Below are positions 1 to 12,769 of a DNA stretch of 64,000 nucleotides, one piece after another. Made by a program: the position numbers and the translations under genes. Location: contig NC_086097.1 of the NCBI RefSeq assembly GCF_963921235.1, positions 55,244,001 through 55,308,000 of the forward strand. Direction: 5' to 3'. Source of the stretch: Mobula hypostoma. Its lineage: Eukaryota. The first letter of the stretch is position 1. Every line of letters begins with the position of its first letter. The notes below the pieces were generated by a model, which searched no databases, was not told the origin of the DNA, and was given only the letters and a program-made list of their open reading frames with translations.

Positions 1-851
1 ATCTTCAGAAGTTTTCTGATGACTCTGCCATAGTTGGATGCATCAGCAAGGGAGATAAGGCTGAGTACAGGGCTACGGTAGGAAACTTTGTCACATGGTG
101 TGAGCAGAATTATCTGCAGCTTAATGTGAAAAAGACTAAGGAGCTGAGGAGAGCTAAGGAACCGGTGACCCCTGTTTCCATCTAGGGGGTCAGTGTGGAC
201 ATGGTGGAGGATTACAAATACCTGGGGATACGAATTGACAATAAACTGGACTGGTCAATGAACACTGCGACTGTCTACAGGAAGGGTCAGAGCCGTCTCT
301 ATTTCCTGAGGAGACTGAGGTCCTTTAACATCTGTCGGACGATGCTGAGGATGTTCTACGAGTCTGTAGTGGCCAGTGCGATCATGATTGTTGTTGTGTG
401 CTGGGGCAGCAGGCTGAGGGTAGCAGACACCAACAGAATCAACAAACTCATTCGTAAGGCCAGTGATGTTGTGGGGATGGAACTGGACTCTCTGACGGTG
501 GTGTCTGAAAAGAGGATGCTGTCCAAGTTGCATGCCATTTTGGACAATGTCTCCCATCCAGTACATAATGTACTGGGTGGGCACAGGAGTACATTCAGCC
601 AGAGGCTCATTCCACCGAGATGCAACACAGAGCGTCATAGGAAGTCATTCCTGCCTGTGGCCATCAAACTTTACAACTCCTCCCTTGGAGGGTCAGACAG
701 CCTGAGCCAATAGGCTGGTCCTGAACTTATTTCCTGGCATAATTTTCATATTACTATTTAATTATTTATGGTTTTATTACTATTTAATTATTTATGGTGC
801 AACTGTAACGAAAACCGATTTCCCCTGGGATTAATAAAGTATGACTATGAC
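1..851 (+). mobile_element. 3' part of a Rex1/Babar-type LINE (RT C-terminus and 3' UTR)
   Basis: LQKFSDDSAIVGCI at the window start; ORF 195-713 has YKYLGIRIDNKLDW and QSRLYFLRRL; ends AATAAAGT-ATGACT-ATGAC short-repeat tail. Confidence 0.85.
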
Positions 852-944
852 ATTGACTTTTAAAAGACAGGTACATAGATAGAAATGGCTTCGAGAGAGA
901 TAGGCCAAACACAGGCAAATGGGATTAGCAGTTGGGTAACTTGG

Positions 945-1469
945 TGTATGGGGTGTCTAGGGAGGGGTAGCTCCTCTGGTGGGGGGGCCTGCCGTGCCCT
1001 TTTTCAGGGCTGCTCATCCACCTTTGGTCCCCACCTGGCGCTCAACTCTCACCTGTGGCTCCAAATAGCTGTAACACGCACAGTAGCCACACCCCAGTAA
1101 ACTGTCTCAGCAGACGGGCCAAACCAGGTGAGGGTGGCCAGCGGGTCTTCGACCTTCGGTGAGGTAGGGGGTTTGTGTGTCCCAGCGTGTGAAATCTGGC
1201 CCTGGCAGATTGAGCAGAGGAGACCGATTAATGGTCGAACGGTCAAGAAGGCAGGCCAGCAGGCGTTTGTGGAGCGCTAAGAGCATGACAAGGCACTTAA
1301 ACGTCCTGGTCATCCACGGCAAGAGGTGGTGATCTCTTTAAACTCACCTGGCAGAAGGCAAAGGCAAACCACTGCTGTAGCCTGCCAAGTACATGATTTC
1401 CCAATATGGCAAAGCGGCGTGGAGGGAAATCGTCCACCAACTGGAAATTCCAGATGCGACCTAACAATG
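945..1469 (+). mobile_element. ~525 bp non-coding retroposon with an RTE-type 3' motif, inserted in a CR1 3'-end fragment
   Basis: Flanked by AACTTGG at 938-944 and 1470-1476, splitting a CR1 tail (~855-944 and 1477-1535); contains GAAGGCAAAGGCAAACCAC, resembling RTE-associated SINE 3' parts. Confidence 0.55.
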
Positions 1470-2039
1470 AACTTGGCAGACATGGACAAGTTGGGCTGTA
1501 GGGTCTGTTTCTGCACTGTATAGTTCCATGATTGTATTATTAAAGTCTGTAGCAATAGGAAGAAAAAAGTTATTTCCTAATAAGTAGAATTTGACAATCC
1601 TTTTACAGGATTTAGTTCAAGTTTATTGTCATTCAACCATACACACGTATGCAGCCAAATGAAACATCGTTCCTCTGGGGCCATGGTGCGAGTAGTCACA
1701 GTTTATATAATTATGATGTAGCACAACCCAGCACATACAATCGCAAGCGAAATACCCAGAGCTGAAAGAAGGTGTCAGATCACAGTAAATGGGTAAAAAT
1801 TGCAGGAGGGGAATTAACTAATTAATTTTTTGCTAAATGAAGTAAATACATTAATATACTGTATGTATGTTTGACTGTGCTTCTGTTAAATGCTTCCTTA
1901 ACCTAGCTAAGGTTTAGCTTGTTAAAACTTTTGTATTCTCTGTTCCTAACTTGATAGGGAAAATCTGATGAAGTTCCCAGTATTATTTGCATTTTAGAAC
2001 ATTGTGTTTGAAGTGGTTAGGTTCCTGTTTTTAAAAAAA

Positions 2040-3483
2040 ATCTGTAAAGTGAAGATGTTTTCTAAAATAAATGAAAAGTTTCTAAATATCAAAAAAAAGT
2101 ATAAAGAGAAGTGAACAGTAAAAAAACTATAATCAATATTTCATGTGACCAACCTTTGCCTTTAAAACTGCATCAATTCTCTTAGATACACTGTTGTGCA
2201 TTTTTATAGGAACATCGCCTGGTAGGTTGTTCCAAGCAGCTTGAAGTACTTACTGCAGTTTTTCTACAGGTTGTCTCACTTGTTTCTGTAAACCAGGTAA
2301 TCCGAGACAGCTTCAATGACGTTGAGAACAGGGCTCTGTGGAGGCCATGCCACTCATTGCAGAACTCCTTGTTCTTCTTTACACTGAAAGTAGTTCTTTG
2401 ACCTACCGTGTGTTTGGAATCATTGTCTTGCTGCAGAATGAAGCTGGGACTGATCAGACATCTCTCTGATGCTATTGAGTGATGGATGAGAATCTGCTTG
2501 TACTTCAGCATTGAGGACTCCATTAACTCTGATCAGATCATCAAGTCCATTTGCAGAACTGCAGCCCCAGACTTGTAAGGAACCTCTGCATGCTTCAGTG
2601 TTCGCTGCAGACACTCATCCATGTAGAGCACGCCAGCTGTCTACAGACATACTGCTTCCTGTTTGAACCAAAATTTCAAATTTTGAGCGTCAATATATAG
2701 CATTTGCTGCCATTGTTCCATCCTTCTGCATGTGCGTAGGTGAGCCTTCTGGTTTTGTTTCCACTTTGGAATGGCTTCCTGGCAGTAACTTTTCCGTGAA
2801 GATCACTTCTGTCAAGACTTCTCTGGACTGTAGAGTGGTGTACTTGGGTTCCAGTGGTTTCTGTGAGTTCAGAGCTGATAGCAATGCTGGACTACTTCCA
2901 ATTTAGAAAGGATGTCAGTTTGATGAATCTGTCATCTGCTGAACTCAGTTTCCATGGCTGACCACTTCGATTCTGGTCCTCAAATTTGTCAGTTTCCTTG
3001 TGCTTTTTCAGAAGAGCTTGGACAGCTCATCTTGAAACTCCTGTCTGCTGTGAAATTTCTGCTTGGTGAGACCTTGCTGATGCAGGATAACCACCTTGTG
3101 TCTTGTTGCTATGCTCACTCTTGCCATGGTGTAAGAATTGATGATTTGAAGGTTAAACTGTGACATCTGCTGCACTATCACCTTTTAGTTTAGTGTCCTT
3201 TGCTCAGTTTGATTCCTTCTACACCCATTTCTATTTCAGTTCATTCAACTCATCATGTCATTGATCATCAGCACCTGTTTAAATGTGCGCTGGGCTATAT
3301 ATTGCAGCTACAGGGTAATCAAATTATTATTTGAAGAGTTGTCTGTTGAGTAGTACAAAAAATTCTCTAACAATTAATTTTCTAAAATTTGCTCTTTTCT
3401 GTTGACACATTAATGAGAAGACAAAAAAATATACATCTAAAACAATTTATATAGAAAATCTAGGGTGCCTAAAACTTGCACAG
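2040..3483 (-). mobile_element. Degraded Tc1-family transposon
   Basis: Minus-strand ORF fragments GSLQVWGC and FILQQDNDSKHT; TIR remnant GGGTGCCTAAAACTTGCACAG at ~3463-3483; left TIR not recognisable. Confidence 0.8.
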
Positions 3484-3757
3484 AAATGTGCACAAATTAT
3501 TAAAACATGGATCAGCCAAATTTAGTTGAGTTTTATTTTCCCTGCCCCCCCACCCCCACCCACTGCAGTCTGTATACCAACGGATTAGTGTACAGAACTA
3601 CTCATTAAGTGATAGAAGGTGAGGTACCAAAAAACAGTGCTTGGCCACCAACAGCAATGCCCCTTGTGAAGAGAACAATGCTTTTGGTAGAGCGGAGAAT
3701 GACTGACAAATGGTACCAGATTAACTAAACAAACTTCTACCTTGTTTTTACTTGCAG

Positions 3758-3841
3758 CTTAAAACTCAATTAAGCGAAACATCAATAAAGCTGAAGATTG
3801 AACAGAATGAGGCACAGGAAGTTGTATCCAACCTAAATGAG
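3758..3841 (+). CDS. KTN1: Kinectin internal exon (LKTQLSETSIKLKIEQNEAQEVVSNLNE)
   Basis: ttgtttttacttgcAG acceptor, GAG|gtaaaa donor, 84 nt phase 0; resembles mammalian kinectin LKAQLNETLTKLRTEQNERQKVAGDLHK (recalled sequence). Confidence 0.88.
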
Positions 3842-3952
3842 GTAAAATGTAGTGTATGATATTAAATACTTTGTAGGAAAAAGCATAAATTTATTTAAGC
3901 AATTTAGATGTTACTTAAATATTTTTCATATCTTTTTATGTTGTTTGCCGTA

Positions 3953-4783
3953 CAATGGTTTCCGATTAATTGGGCCATCACTTAATTAGGGCAGCCGCTT
4001 ATTTGGGACAACTCTCAAAGAGCAAAAACTAATCGCGAATATAGCCGTGATTCCCTTTGTTTATTTGGGATACTGTGCCTCTTAATTGGTGCAGGACACT
4101 GTTGCTGAACAGATTCTAACTCGTGTCAGGCGTGTACACTTGTGTGGTCGTTAGACACTACATCTTAGAGCGAACAATTTTTAAATAGCATCAGTTGCAT
4201 GTGCTTGTGTTTAAAAAGCAGTGATTTTTCGCACTGATAGTTGGCAGGAAATAAGCAGCAAGATAATTCAGAACTGTTTTGCTCACTGCAGTTTTAAGCA
4301 TTCAGGCTCGGAGATGCTATAAATGGCCAGGGGTGAAAATGAAACTATTTCACTGCTTCAAGCTATGAGCAATGAAGAATATGAAGGTATCGGCAATCAT
4401 TTTGAATGTTACAATGAAAATGAAGATTTGGAGGATACAATCGTCAATAGCATTGTATGAAGGCAGTCCATTATCTGCACTAGGTGTCTGCACTGATTTT
4501 GTTCATTTACAGTTAATCAAAAGAACATGGCAGCATAAACTGGATAAATTCCTCCATTGATAACTATTAGGAACCAATACAGTTTTATAGTATGTAGAGA
4601 TGTTAGTGTTCTAATTTGTTTTGTATTTCATGTAAATACCTAATTTCTTACTCAGTTAAATGTTAGTTTCTTTTTTAATACTTTTTAAAAACTATTTCTA
4701 TAAACTTCGGCTAATTGGAGCAACCACTTAATTTGGCCAAAATGTACTGGTCCCAATGTGTTCCAGTTAACCGGAATCCACTG
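3953..4783. mobile_element. Tigger/pogo-type MITE
   Basis: TA|CAATGGTTTCCGATTAATTGG ... CCAGTTAACCGGAATCCACTG|TA imperfect TIRs, TA TSD, no transposase ORF. Confidence 0.8.
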
Positions 4784-5113
4784 TATTTGGTATATGTTCA
4801 GATATTCCTAAATTGTATATTCTTTAGCGTAAACTAAGCAAAAGAAAAAGTAAAATCGAGGTATCTGGAGTAAGAGATTTTAAATGCAGAGCTTGTCTTA
4901 AACTTTGATTTGATAAGTCTTAAGTAGTTAAGTTCTGCTTTCCAGTAAGAAAAGTATCTGGAATCACTGGAGGTGAGACAAAAGAGAAAGTACAGTAATA
5001 GCAATAGCACTGATCTTAAACCTATTGAGGCAGGTCAACAGGATTGATGTTGTCTTCCTGTATAAAGAAAAAAGCTGACATTTAATTAGATGGAGGCTGT
5101 CTAGCAACCTTTA

Positions 5114-5675
5114 CAACACACTGGAGGAACTCAGCAGGTCGGGCAGCATCCGTGGAAAAGATGGGTCGACGTTTCGGGCTGGAACCTTTTGTCAGGACTG
5201 TAGAGGGAAGGGGCAGAGGCCCTATAAAGAAGGTGAGGGGAGGGTGAGAAGGAGAAGGCTGGTAGGTTCCAGGTGAAAAACCAGTAAGGGGAAAGATAAA
5301 GGGGTGGGGGAGGGGAAGCAGGGAGGTGATAGGCAGGAAAGGTGAAGATGGAATAGGGGAAAACACAATGGGTAGTAGAAGGAGGCGGAACCATGAGGGA
5401 GGTGATAGGCAGCTGGGGGAGGGGGCAGAGTGACATAGGGATAGGGGAAGGGAGGGGGAGGGAATTACCAGAAATTGGAGAGTTCTATGTTCATACAAAG
5501 GGGCTGGAGACTACCTAGACGGTATATGAGGTGTTGCTCCTCCAACCTGAGTTTAGCCTCATCGTGGCAGTAGAGGAGGCCATGTATGGACATATCTGAA
5601 TGGGAGTGGGAAGCAGAGTTGAATTGGGTGGCTACAGGGAGATCCTGTCTGTTGTGGCGGACAGAGCGGAGGTGC
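5114..5675 (-). mobile_element. Penelope-like element 3' fragment (end of GIY-YIG domain plus pseudo-LTR with mutated hammerhead)
   Basis: Closely matches 27767-28330; minus strand CAGTC-CTGACAA-...-GAAACGTC-GAC at ~5164-5200. Confidence 0.85.
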
Positions 5676-6297
5676 TAACTTTTAATATGGTAGTATAATT
5701 AAGTTATTGGCTAACATTTAGAGGCTAAGACCATTGATTCAAAGATGTTTGTATTTGATAGTGACATGAATGGTTCAGAAATTTAAAATGTAGCAACTGT
5801 AATAGTCATTGTAAAACATCTGGATGTTGTTGAAGGCCAGTTGTTTGTCTTTCAAAGAGAAAAAAATACTGTCCTTTCCCCATATATGTCATTCCAAATC
5901 CACTAAAGTGGTTGATTCTTAACTGCCTTCTCAATTCAGGCCATTTTGGGATAAACAAGTACTGGCTTTGTCAGCATCTTGCATAAATAATATTTGTATT
6001 TTTAAAAAAAAAAGAAATATCTACTCTTAAGGGGGATTAGAGAATAGAGCTTGCAAAGAGCTCCCTTGTCAGGGAGTATGGAAGGCAGAGTTGAGGATTG
6101 ATGTAATCATTTGTGGTTTTTTTTTAATCTTGCATTCTAGCAGAATTGTTGGTTCGGTCTTGAGGAACTGCTACAAAACTGGTGCATGATATGTGTAACG
6201 GCAGATTTAATCTCAGCTGTTGAATATTCACATTCTATAAATTTTTTTCTTTAAGTATTTTCATATTGAAAATTTTGAAATGTTTTTATTTTTACAG

Positions 6298-6381
6298 GCT
6301 CAAGAATATTTGAACATTATTCAAGCAGAAATAGCAAGAACTATAAAAGATGGGATCGTTGAAAATAATGAAGTTTCAGAA
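6298..6381 (+). CDS. KTN1: Kinectin internal exon (AQEYLNIIQAEIARTIKDGIVENNEVSE)
   Basis: tttttacAG acceptor, GAA|gtaagt donor, 84 nt in frame; resembles kinectin AQQSLELIQSKIVKAAGDTTVIENSDVS. Confidence 0.88.
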
Positions 6382-7609
6382 GTAAGTGTGTATGAATCTT
6401 GGTGAGTAAAATTACATTAACTTATGTTCCAAATAATTACATAACTGAATACAAGCTAAATAGCTCCACGCCCCATGTCATGTTGACAAGTAGCTCTAAA
6501 AAAGTCAATTACCATCTAAAATGGAGTGAGTCCTTGAGAGTCATCTATCATGAACTGCTGTGTCCTGGAAATTGCAGCTGTTAAAATCACCAATCAAATG
6601 CTTGCTGGTTCTCAAAGGAAAATTGAATGTTTGTGAATTTCTGAAATTCACAAATATTCAAAACTATTAGAAGTGAAAAAGAAAAATGTTGATTTTTTTC
6701 TGGATTGGGGGGATAAAAAAGAACTAAAAATTAAGATCAAATAAAAAAGGAAATTACCTGAATCTCTGTAACTGTTCCTTTCCATTTCAATGAATGAGCT
6801 TGGCAAGTCAAATCTGGTGCAGAGTCAGTGCAGATTTTTCAGCAAAAATATTTAGAAATATTTTAATCTTCTCCATCATACCCACTCTCCACCAAGTCTT
6901 CACAAGAAGTCCAGTAGATGAATGAATTTATATCAGGAGTGATGAACGACTGGCAGGAAGCTTCAGAATTGCAGTTTCACTTGGAGCTATTACATTTGTA
7001 CAATATCGAGATTTACCTTTTTATTTGCTCTGCGTCTTGTAATAGCCATTCTGCTAAGCTTGTGTTGGACCAAGGCTGTAAGAAAAGAACTGATTTCAGA
7101 ATTGAGAGAGAGAGAAAGCAATCCTGCATTGAGAAGGTGCAAACATGTAGCTTCTTTGTGTGTGGATTAAACATTATTCCTTTAAAAAAGTGCCAGGGAA
7201 ATTGATTTTTTTTTCCCCTCTGTCATCACATCTACTTGCTACTATCTTCAACACTCCCAATTCAACATAATTCCCTTTAATAGTGAAAATAATTATGGCT
7301 ATCTTGGCGTTCCAGATCCCATTGCAGACCTCTGCTTCAAATCCACATGTGACTCCAGATGTTCTAATTCTCGCATTGGGTCTGGCTGTGGTCCAGACAT
7401 CCTATCTCTGGCCACATACCTCTTTCACTCTTAACCACAATTCACATTTGGCCAACTAATCAGTAAGTCAGATGCCAATCCATCGGGATTTCCCAACAAT
7501 CGGATGTTTTAAATCAGAATTTCGTTTCCAGAAGATTAACCGTACAAAACAGCAAACTTGCTGTAAATTCATGATTGAATAAGTTTTCACTCATTCTAAC
7601 ATTTTTCAG

Positions 7610-7750
7610 GAACAGTTAGATAACAAGAAGAAAACAATGGATCTTGATCAGAATATAATTCACCTGCAGCAGCTACTGAAAGCTTTGATTCATCAGTTCT
7701 CAAAAAGAAGGGAAAACTCTCAAAATGTTATTTTCCAGTTTGAACAAAAG
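7610..7750 (+). CDS. KTN1: Kinectin penultimate coding exon (EQLDNKKKTMDLDQNIIHLQQLLKALIHQFSKRRENSQNVIFQFEQK)
   Basis: Branch-like CTAAC plus tttttcAG, AAG|gtacat donor, 141 nt open frame; LQQLL motif as in kinectin SLNQTVTQLQQLLQAVNQQLTK. Confidence 0.87.
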
Positions 7751-8064
7751 GTACATAGTAAATATTGAATTCCTTCTGCATTCTGGTTTACGTGTTCTAA
7801 TTTAACGTTTGCACTTCATAGTTAATATTTTCTTTATTGTCAATCAAATTTCCTTTTAGTTGTGAGAGGAGGCAAAGTCGTAAAGGAAGAGAAAACTGAA
7901 TGAAGAATTGAATAAAGTAATATCTGCATTTGAGCTTAAGTTGGCTTGATTTGAAAAATGTAACTGTAAATTGGAATAGATGACTTTTTAATGTTTTTTT
8001 TAAAAGATTCAACTTCAAAAAGTAGCCATTATTAATGACATTGACAATTGACTGCCTATATACA

Positions 8065-8535
8065 TAGTCATGGAGTTGTACAGCATAGAAATAAGCCCTT
8101 CAACCCAATGCCGGCCATCTTGTCCATCTCTAAAAATCCCACTTTCTTGCCTTAATTCCATATCCAAGTATCATTCAAGTACCTGTCCAAATTCCACTTA
8201 AATGTTGTTACACTTACTGCCTCCTCCATCACCTCTGGCAGCTCATTCCAAAATATCCCCATGTGTGGGGGGTGGCGGGGGGGGGCGCGGTCACCCCTTG
8301 GGCCTCCTTTAAATCTTCTCCATTCCATCCTAAACTTTAAACATCTGCCTTCTAGTTTTAGATATCACCGTTTTTGACAAGCTGACTCTAGCATTCCACA
8401 TCATCCATACCTCTCATAATTTCATATCCTGCTATCTCTCAAACTACTTTGCTCCAGAGAAAGCAGACACAGCCTATCCAATCTCTCCTCATAACCTAGA
8501 GCCCTCCTAACCAAGCAACATGCTTGTGAATCTTT
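8065..8535 (-). mobile_element. Degraded CR1 LINE 3' fragment
   Basis: Reverse complement of the CR1 3' end seen elsewhere in the window (CACCTCTGGCAGCTCATTCCA etc.). Confidence 0.65.
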
Positions 8536-9848
8536 GGTTGATTATTATGTAATTGAAGTTGAAATGAAACAATTATTGCATGGAAATAAAGTTGCTAAAA
8601 GTTTTGTTAGCAATGATTATGGGAAGGAGGTGTGCAAATTGAGGTATCATGATTTCTACATTACAATGAATACTGCACTTCAGAAATACTTCATTGATTT
8701 TTAGGAACTTCGTGATATTCTAACAGAAATAAAAAGTGCTGTAGATGCAAGTCTTTTTTATTATGTTTCATGATTTTTAATACCCCTCTATTTTACAATC
8801 AGCTGCTATCCCTCGACTTCCAAAAAAAAAGTTGCATTGTTCACAGCAATACCACTGAAACAATGTTCTACCGTATCCACTCTATGGATATTCCTTCAAA
8901 TTGTTTGACTGTTTACCTAACAGATGCAGTATTGGTTCCTTGAAAATCCCTTTGCTATGAAGACCGTCGTATAAGTACTCTGCACACTTTTTGCTGTAGC
9001 CCATTTAGCTATTGATTCCACATGCCATGGTTTTTGCCTCAGTGAATTTTGAGCTATCTTATCAAAGACTTTAGTATTTGGAGATTTCATTTTGCTCAAT
9101 TGTATCTTAACTGCCATTGTATCAAATGCTGCACAGATTCAGACTTCGCAGCTTTTGAAAATGGAGCAGATTTGGTTCATATAGGGAGTTATTTATGAAA
9201 GTATGGCATTTGCTGTTACCTGGTAAGGGCTCAAATGCAAACTCATTTCATCCTCCAGCACATTGAGGGAATAAACAATGTCTCTTTAGAATTGCAGATT
9301 GCATGACTGACAATGGAACAGATGTAATCTGATGCTGTACCCTTACAGTCCTTGATTGTTGGAGCAGACTGTTGGCTAGTTCCAAAATCCCATGCAACCT
9401 TCACTATGGTTGAGATTCTAACTAAACTCTGAAATGTGTAAATGAATGGAGGGTTACACTCAGTGAGGATGGAGAGGACACAGATTTTACCATTGTGGAG
9501 CAATACGCAAGATGACGGAGGAACAGACAGCATGTATGGAGGGTAATGGACTTTGGATGTTTTGGGTTGTGACCCTTAATCTGGATTTGGCCTACTGTCC
9601 ATTCCTCTCTATGGGTGCTGCATGACCCACTGGGTTCCTGCAACACATGGGTTCCTCCAGCTTCCCCAATCTGCTGTCACACATTTACCTTTTTGAATTA
9701 GGTTGTCATTTTGTTTGGAAATTTTAAGTGTGGTCATATGTTCTTCAAGTGTAGGATTATTTTAGGACACAATCCTTTATTATTTTGTTTCAAATTAGTG
9801 ATTTTGTTACAACATTCTCAGTAACTATTGTTTGTATTTACTTTTTAG

Positions 9849-9884
9849 GCAACTGGAGCCCAGGAGGAGGGAGCTGCTTTTTGA
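9849..9884 (+). CDS. KTN1: Kinectin terminal coding exon (ATGAQEEGAAF*)
   Basis: tttgtatttactttttAG acceptor, phase 0 continuation, TGA at 9882-9884, followed by AT-rich repeat-free UTR-like sequence. Confidence 0.75.
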   Translation, partial: ATGAQEEGAAF

Positions 9885-10760
9885 AGATGGTGCTGTGGTT
9901 TGCACCATAATTTGCCAAATTAAAGCCTTATTTATGTTTCCTCCCTCCCTTTCTTAATTGTCAGACACTGAATAGAGCTTTTGTGTTTTTTTTTAATATT
10001 GAATTAAACTACTGATTTGACAATATTGTAGGCAGCTTGAGAGTTTTTAGTTTTATAATATGCAGTATCCAATCTGTACATTCCTAAATTCAAATAAATT
10101 GTTTAATTTTTTTTTTGCTAAATGGCTACATTAACTACCAGCAAGTAATATAATTTGGGCAAAGGAGGGACTAAAACAACAAATCTAGCGGCTCACTTGC
10201 TTTTTGGTTTAAGTTTAAATTTTCAGGGTTAGCTGATTCTAATTTTCTGCCTCACTGCACTCCAGGTTTTGTCACTAGCTTAGAAATTCTGAATAATTTT
10301 GTAAAAGTGACACTCAATAAAGGGATTCTTGTTTTTCAGTCATTAGACAGAAGCTTCATTCAGTAAAGCACTACTGTATTTCCTATATGTGGCCAGATGA
10401 AATGTTAATGTTGACAGCAGTGTGCCAGTTGTTTTCTCTAGATGTTACTTGGGGGTTGAATAGTAACATTCTGTAGTCAGTTATTGATGACATGGTACAA
10501 ACTGGCTTTTCTGTTAAGTGGGCTAAAATTATAATTGACCCGTGGTGTATTGGCTACAAATCCAAGCTGCTAGTTTAAGATTAAAAGAATGGTTTATAGA
10601 AAACAGTTCAAATTAATGCTGCTTTGATATTCAACTTTAATGTAGAAATGAAACTCTTTACATTTAAAGACCTGCCAACTTTTTTAGAAAACGTTCTGGA
10701 CTGTTATACAACTCCCATGTACAAACGAGGAATAAAAAAAAATCTTGTTTGCCTCTTGTT
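9885..10760 (+). other. KTN1: Putative KTN1 3' UTR with alternative poly(A) signals
   Basis: AATAAA at 10093, 10316 and 10731; the last is followed by a T/GT-rich downstream tract; no TE insertions in this span. Confidence 0.55.
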
Positions 10761-12302
10761 TTTCTATGAAATGTTTGCTTATTTCTTTAGTGATTAAGGA
10801 AGGTAACAGGTTCTCTAATTGTATAGTGGACTTGGAAACTCCGTTCAGATTACACAAGGTAAAGTGCAGTAGGTTCCTTGGATTTTGATAATATTGGTAG
10901 CCTGGATTTTATTAGCAGTAGCATCCAACAGTGTAGCCTAAATTAAGTGAAAATATATATTGGTAACTCTAAATGTGGACCTTCAACTATTAATTTTAAT
11001 TTCATCCAGAAGTCCCCCAAAAATTATGTCGAATATTCCTGATCTGTGATGCTTTGTAGATGAGATGTATTGCAAGTTTAATGTTTCCAGTTGTTCATAG
11101 ACGCTCAAGTGACTGAAGTGTGGAATGCTGCTGTACTTGTTGAAATGGATCTGTGCCTCAGCTAAAGTCATTGCCATAGATGTTTAGTTGATGGCTGTCT
11201 GATCTATCTTTTTCATTGAGAAAGAATCTGAATTTTCAGCAAGGCATTGAAGGGGAAAAAAACTTCAGAAAATAACTTGTTTGTGTTGGTATTTTTCCTT
11301 TTCAAGTCTTCCTGTTTCCCATTGAACTATTTAATCACAAAACACATTGGGTAAAGTGAAAAATGCACATTCTGTTTATTAGTCCCAAAATTAAGTTCTG
11401 TAGTGCAGCATGTTTTGTAGCGGGTAGAAAATGAGAAAATGTTATAGTGTTGAAGTGGTGTTCTATATGGAATTTTAGAAATTGGATGATAATTTACTGA
11501 AGGAATATCAAATATTGATTACTAATTCACAGAAGGAGACATCAGCATAAGCGTTCATTGTGCTATTCTGATTCCATTTTTAATCATTACAAGACTTAAA
11601 AATCAAATGACCATAGCAGTTGAACGCTGAGGCTGTTAAATGTCATGTTGCCAGTCTTGTATTGTCTGAATTATGCTGCCAAAAGTGTTCAGCCCTTTAA
11701 ACTAAAGTAACTCTCAGGCTTGTGCCTTTACACTTTGAAATATAGATTATAGTAGTTGCACATGAATTGAGAAATTAAGGGTAGCAGGCCATTGGTGGTG
11801 TTCCATGCAATAAGACCATGACCATAAGGATCACTTTTCCTGCAGAAATCCTATATGTTGATTCTCATACTGACAGATTCAGAAGATTAAATCTAAATCA
11901 ATTTCTAATTCAGAATTGATCTTCAAACCTGTAAGCATTACACTATAGAGACCACAGAGTACATAACTGGATTCTTCCTTGAATTAGTTCTGGAGCAGAA
12001 AAGTTTCATTGACTACCTGGGGATTAAATATTAAATGTCTTTAAATAACCTGGCATTTTAAAATTCCAAAACTGATCTGCAGGTATCATAGCAAGCAAAT
12101 TACTGAATACCAGAAGTGATACATCAACCTTACCATTCCCATATCTGCTGGACTTCCAAGTGCAGAGATTATCTGTAACAAGTGTGGATTCAAGGACATC
12201 ACCAAATCCATGTGGTCTATCTTTGTAATATTGCTGGACACAGTAAAATTATTATTTTAATTGTAAACTGAATGACCCTATTCATAAAAGGGCTTAGTTG
12301 TA

Positions 12303-12470
12303 ACACACACAAAATGCTGGAGGAACTCAGCAGGCCAGGCAGCATCTATGGGGAAAAAAGTACTTCTGAGGGTACTTTTGTCCATAAATGCTGCCTGGCC
12401 TGCTAAGATCCACCAGCATTGTGTGTGTGTGTTGCTTGGATTTTCAGCATCTGCAGATATTCTCTTATTT
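12303..12470. mobile_element. 168 bp fold-back mini-element derived from the PLE terminus
   Basis: Inverted arms ~12303-12364 and ~12371-12432, one-sided tail to 12470, degenerate TSD GGGCTTAGTTGTA / GGACTTAGTAGTA. Confidence 0.75.
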
Positions 12471-12769
12471 GGACTTAGTAGTATAACACTGTCATGGTTA
12501 AATTATGAGGGAGGATGTAGGCTCAAGGTATCGACAGAATTTGGGTGGAGTTTAAAAACAGCAAGAAAATGTAGGCAGTGAAAGGATTAGTATAATAAAC
12601 CACTTAAAACAGTAGCCACACTTTAGGAAAGGATGTCAATTCAAAAATTGTTAGATTATGTATAAATACCAGAAAATCAGAAAATTGTCATTGAGATACC
12701 TTCTTTCAAATTGGAAGTGTGACAAAAAGTGAGTGACTATAGCTGGTTAGCCTTGTATTTTTCAAAAAT

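Noticed and set aside
5082..5498. Pro/Ser/Leu-rich ORFs (also 55887-56408 and 61405-61975)
   Set aside because: Low-complexity translations of polypyrimidine PLE pseudo-LTRs
3758..9884. Alternative assignment of the exons to RRBP1
   Set aside because: The first three exons resemble kinectin more closely (KL..EQNE, VENN.VS, LQQLL); only the last exon is RRBP1-like
10905..10920. ATTTTATTAGCAGTA, complementary to the poly(A) region of the solo LTR at 60547
   Set aside because: Isolated AT-rich match with no adjacent LTR or gag; most likely coincidence
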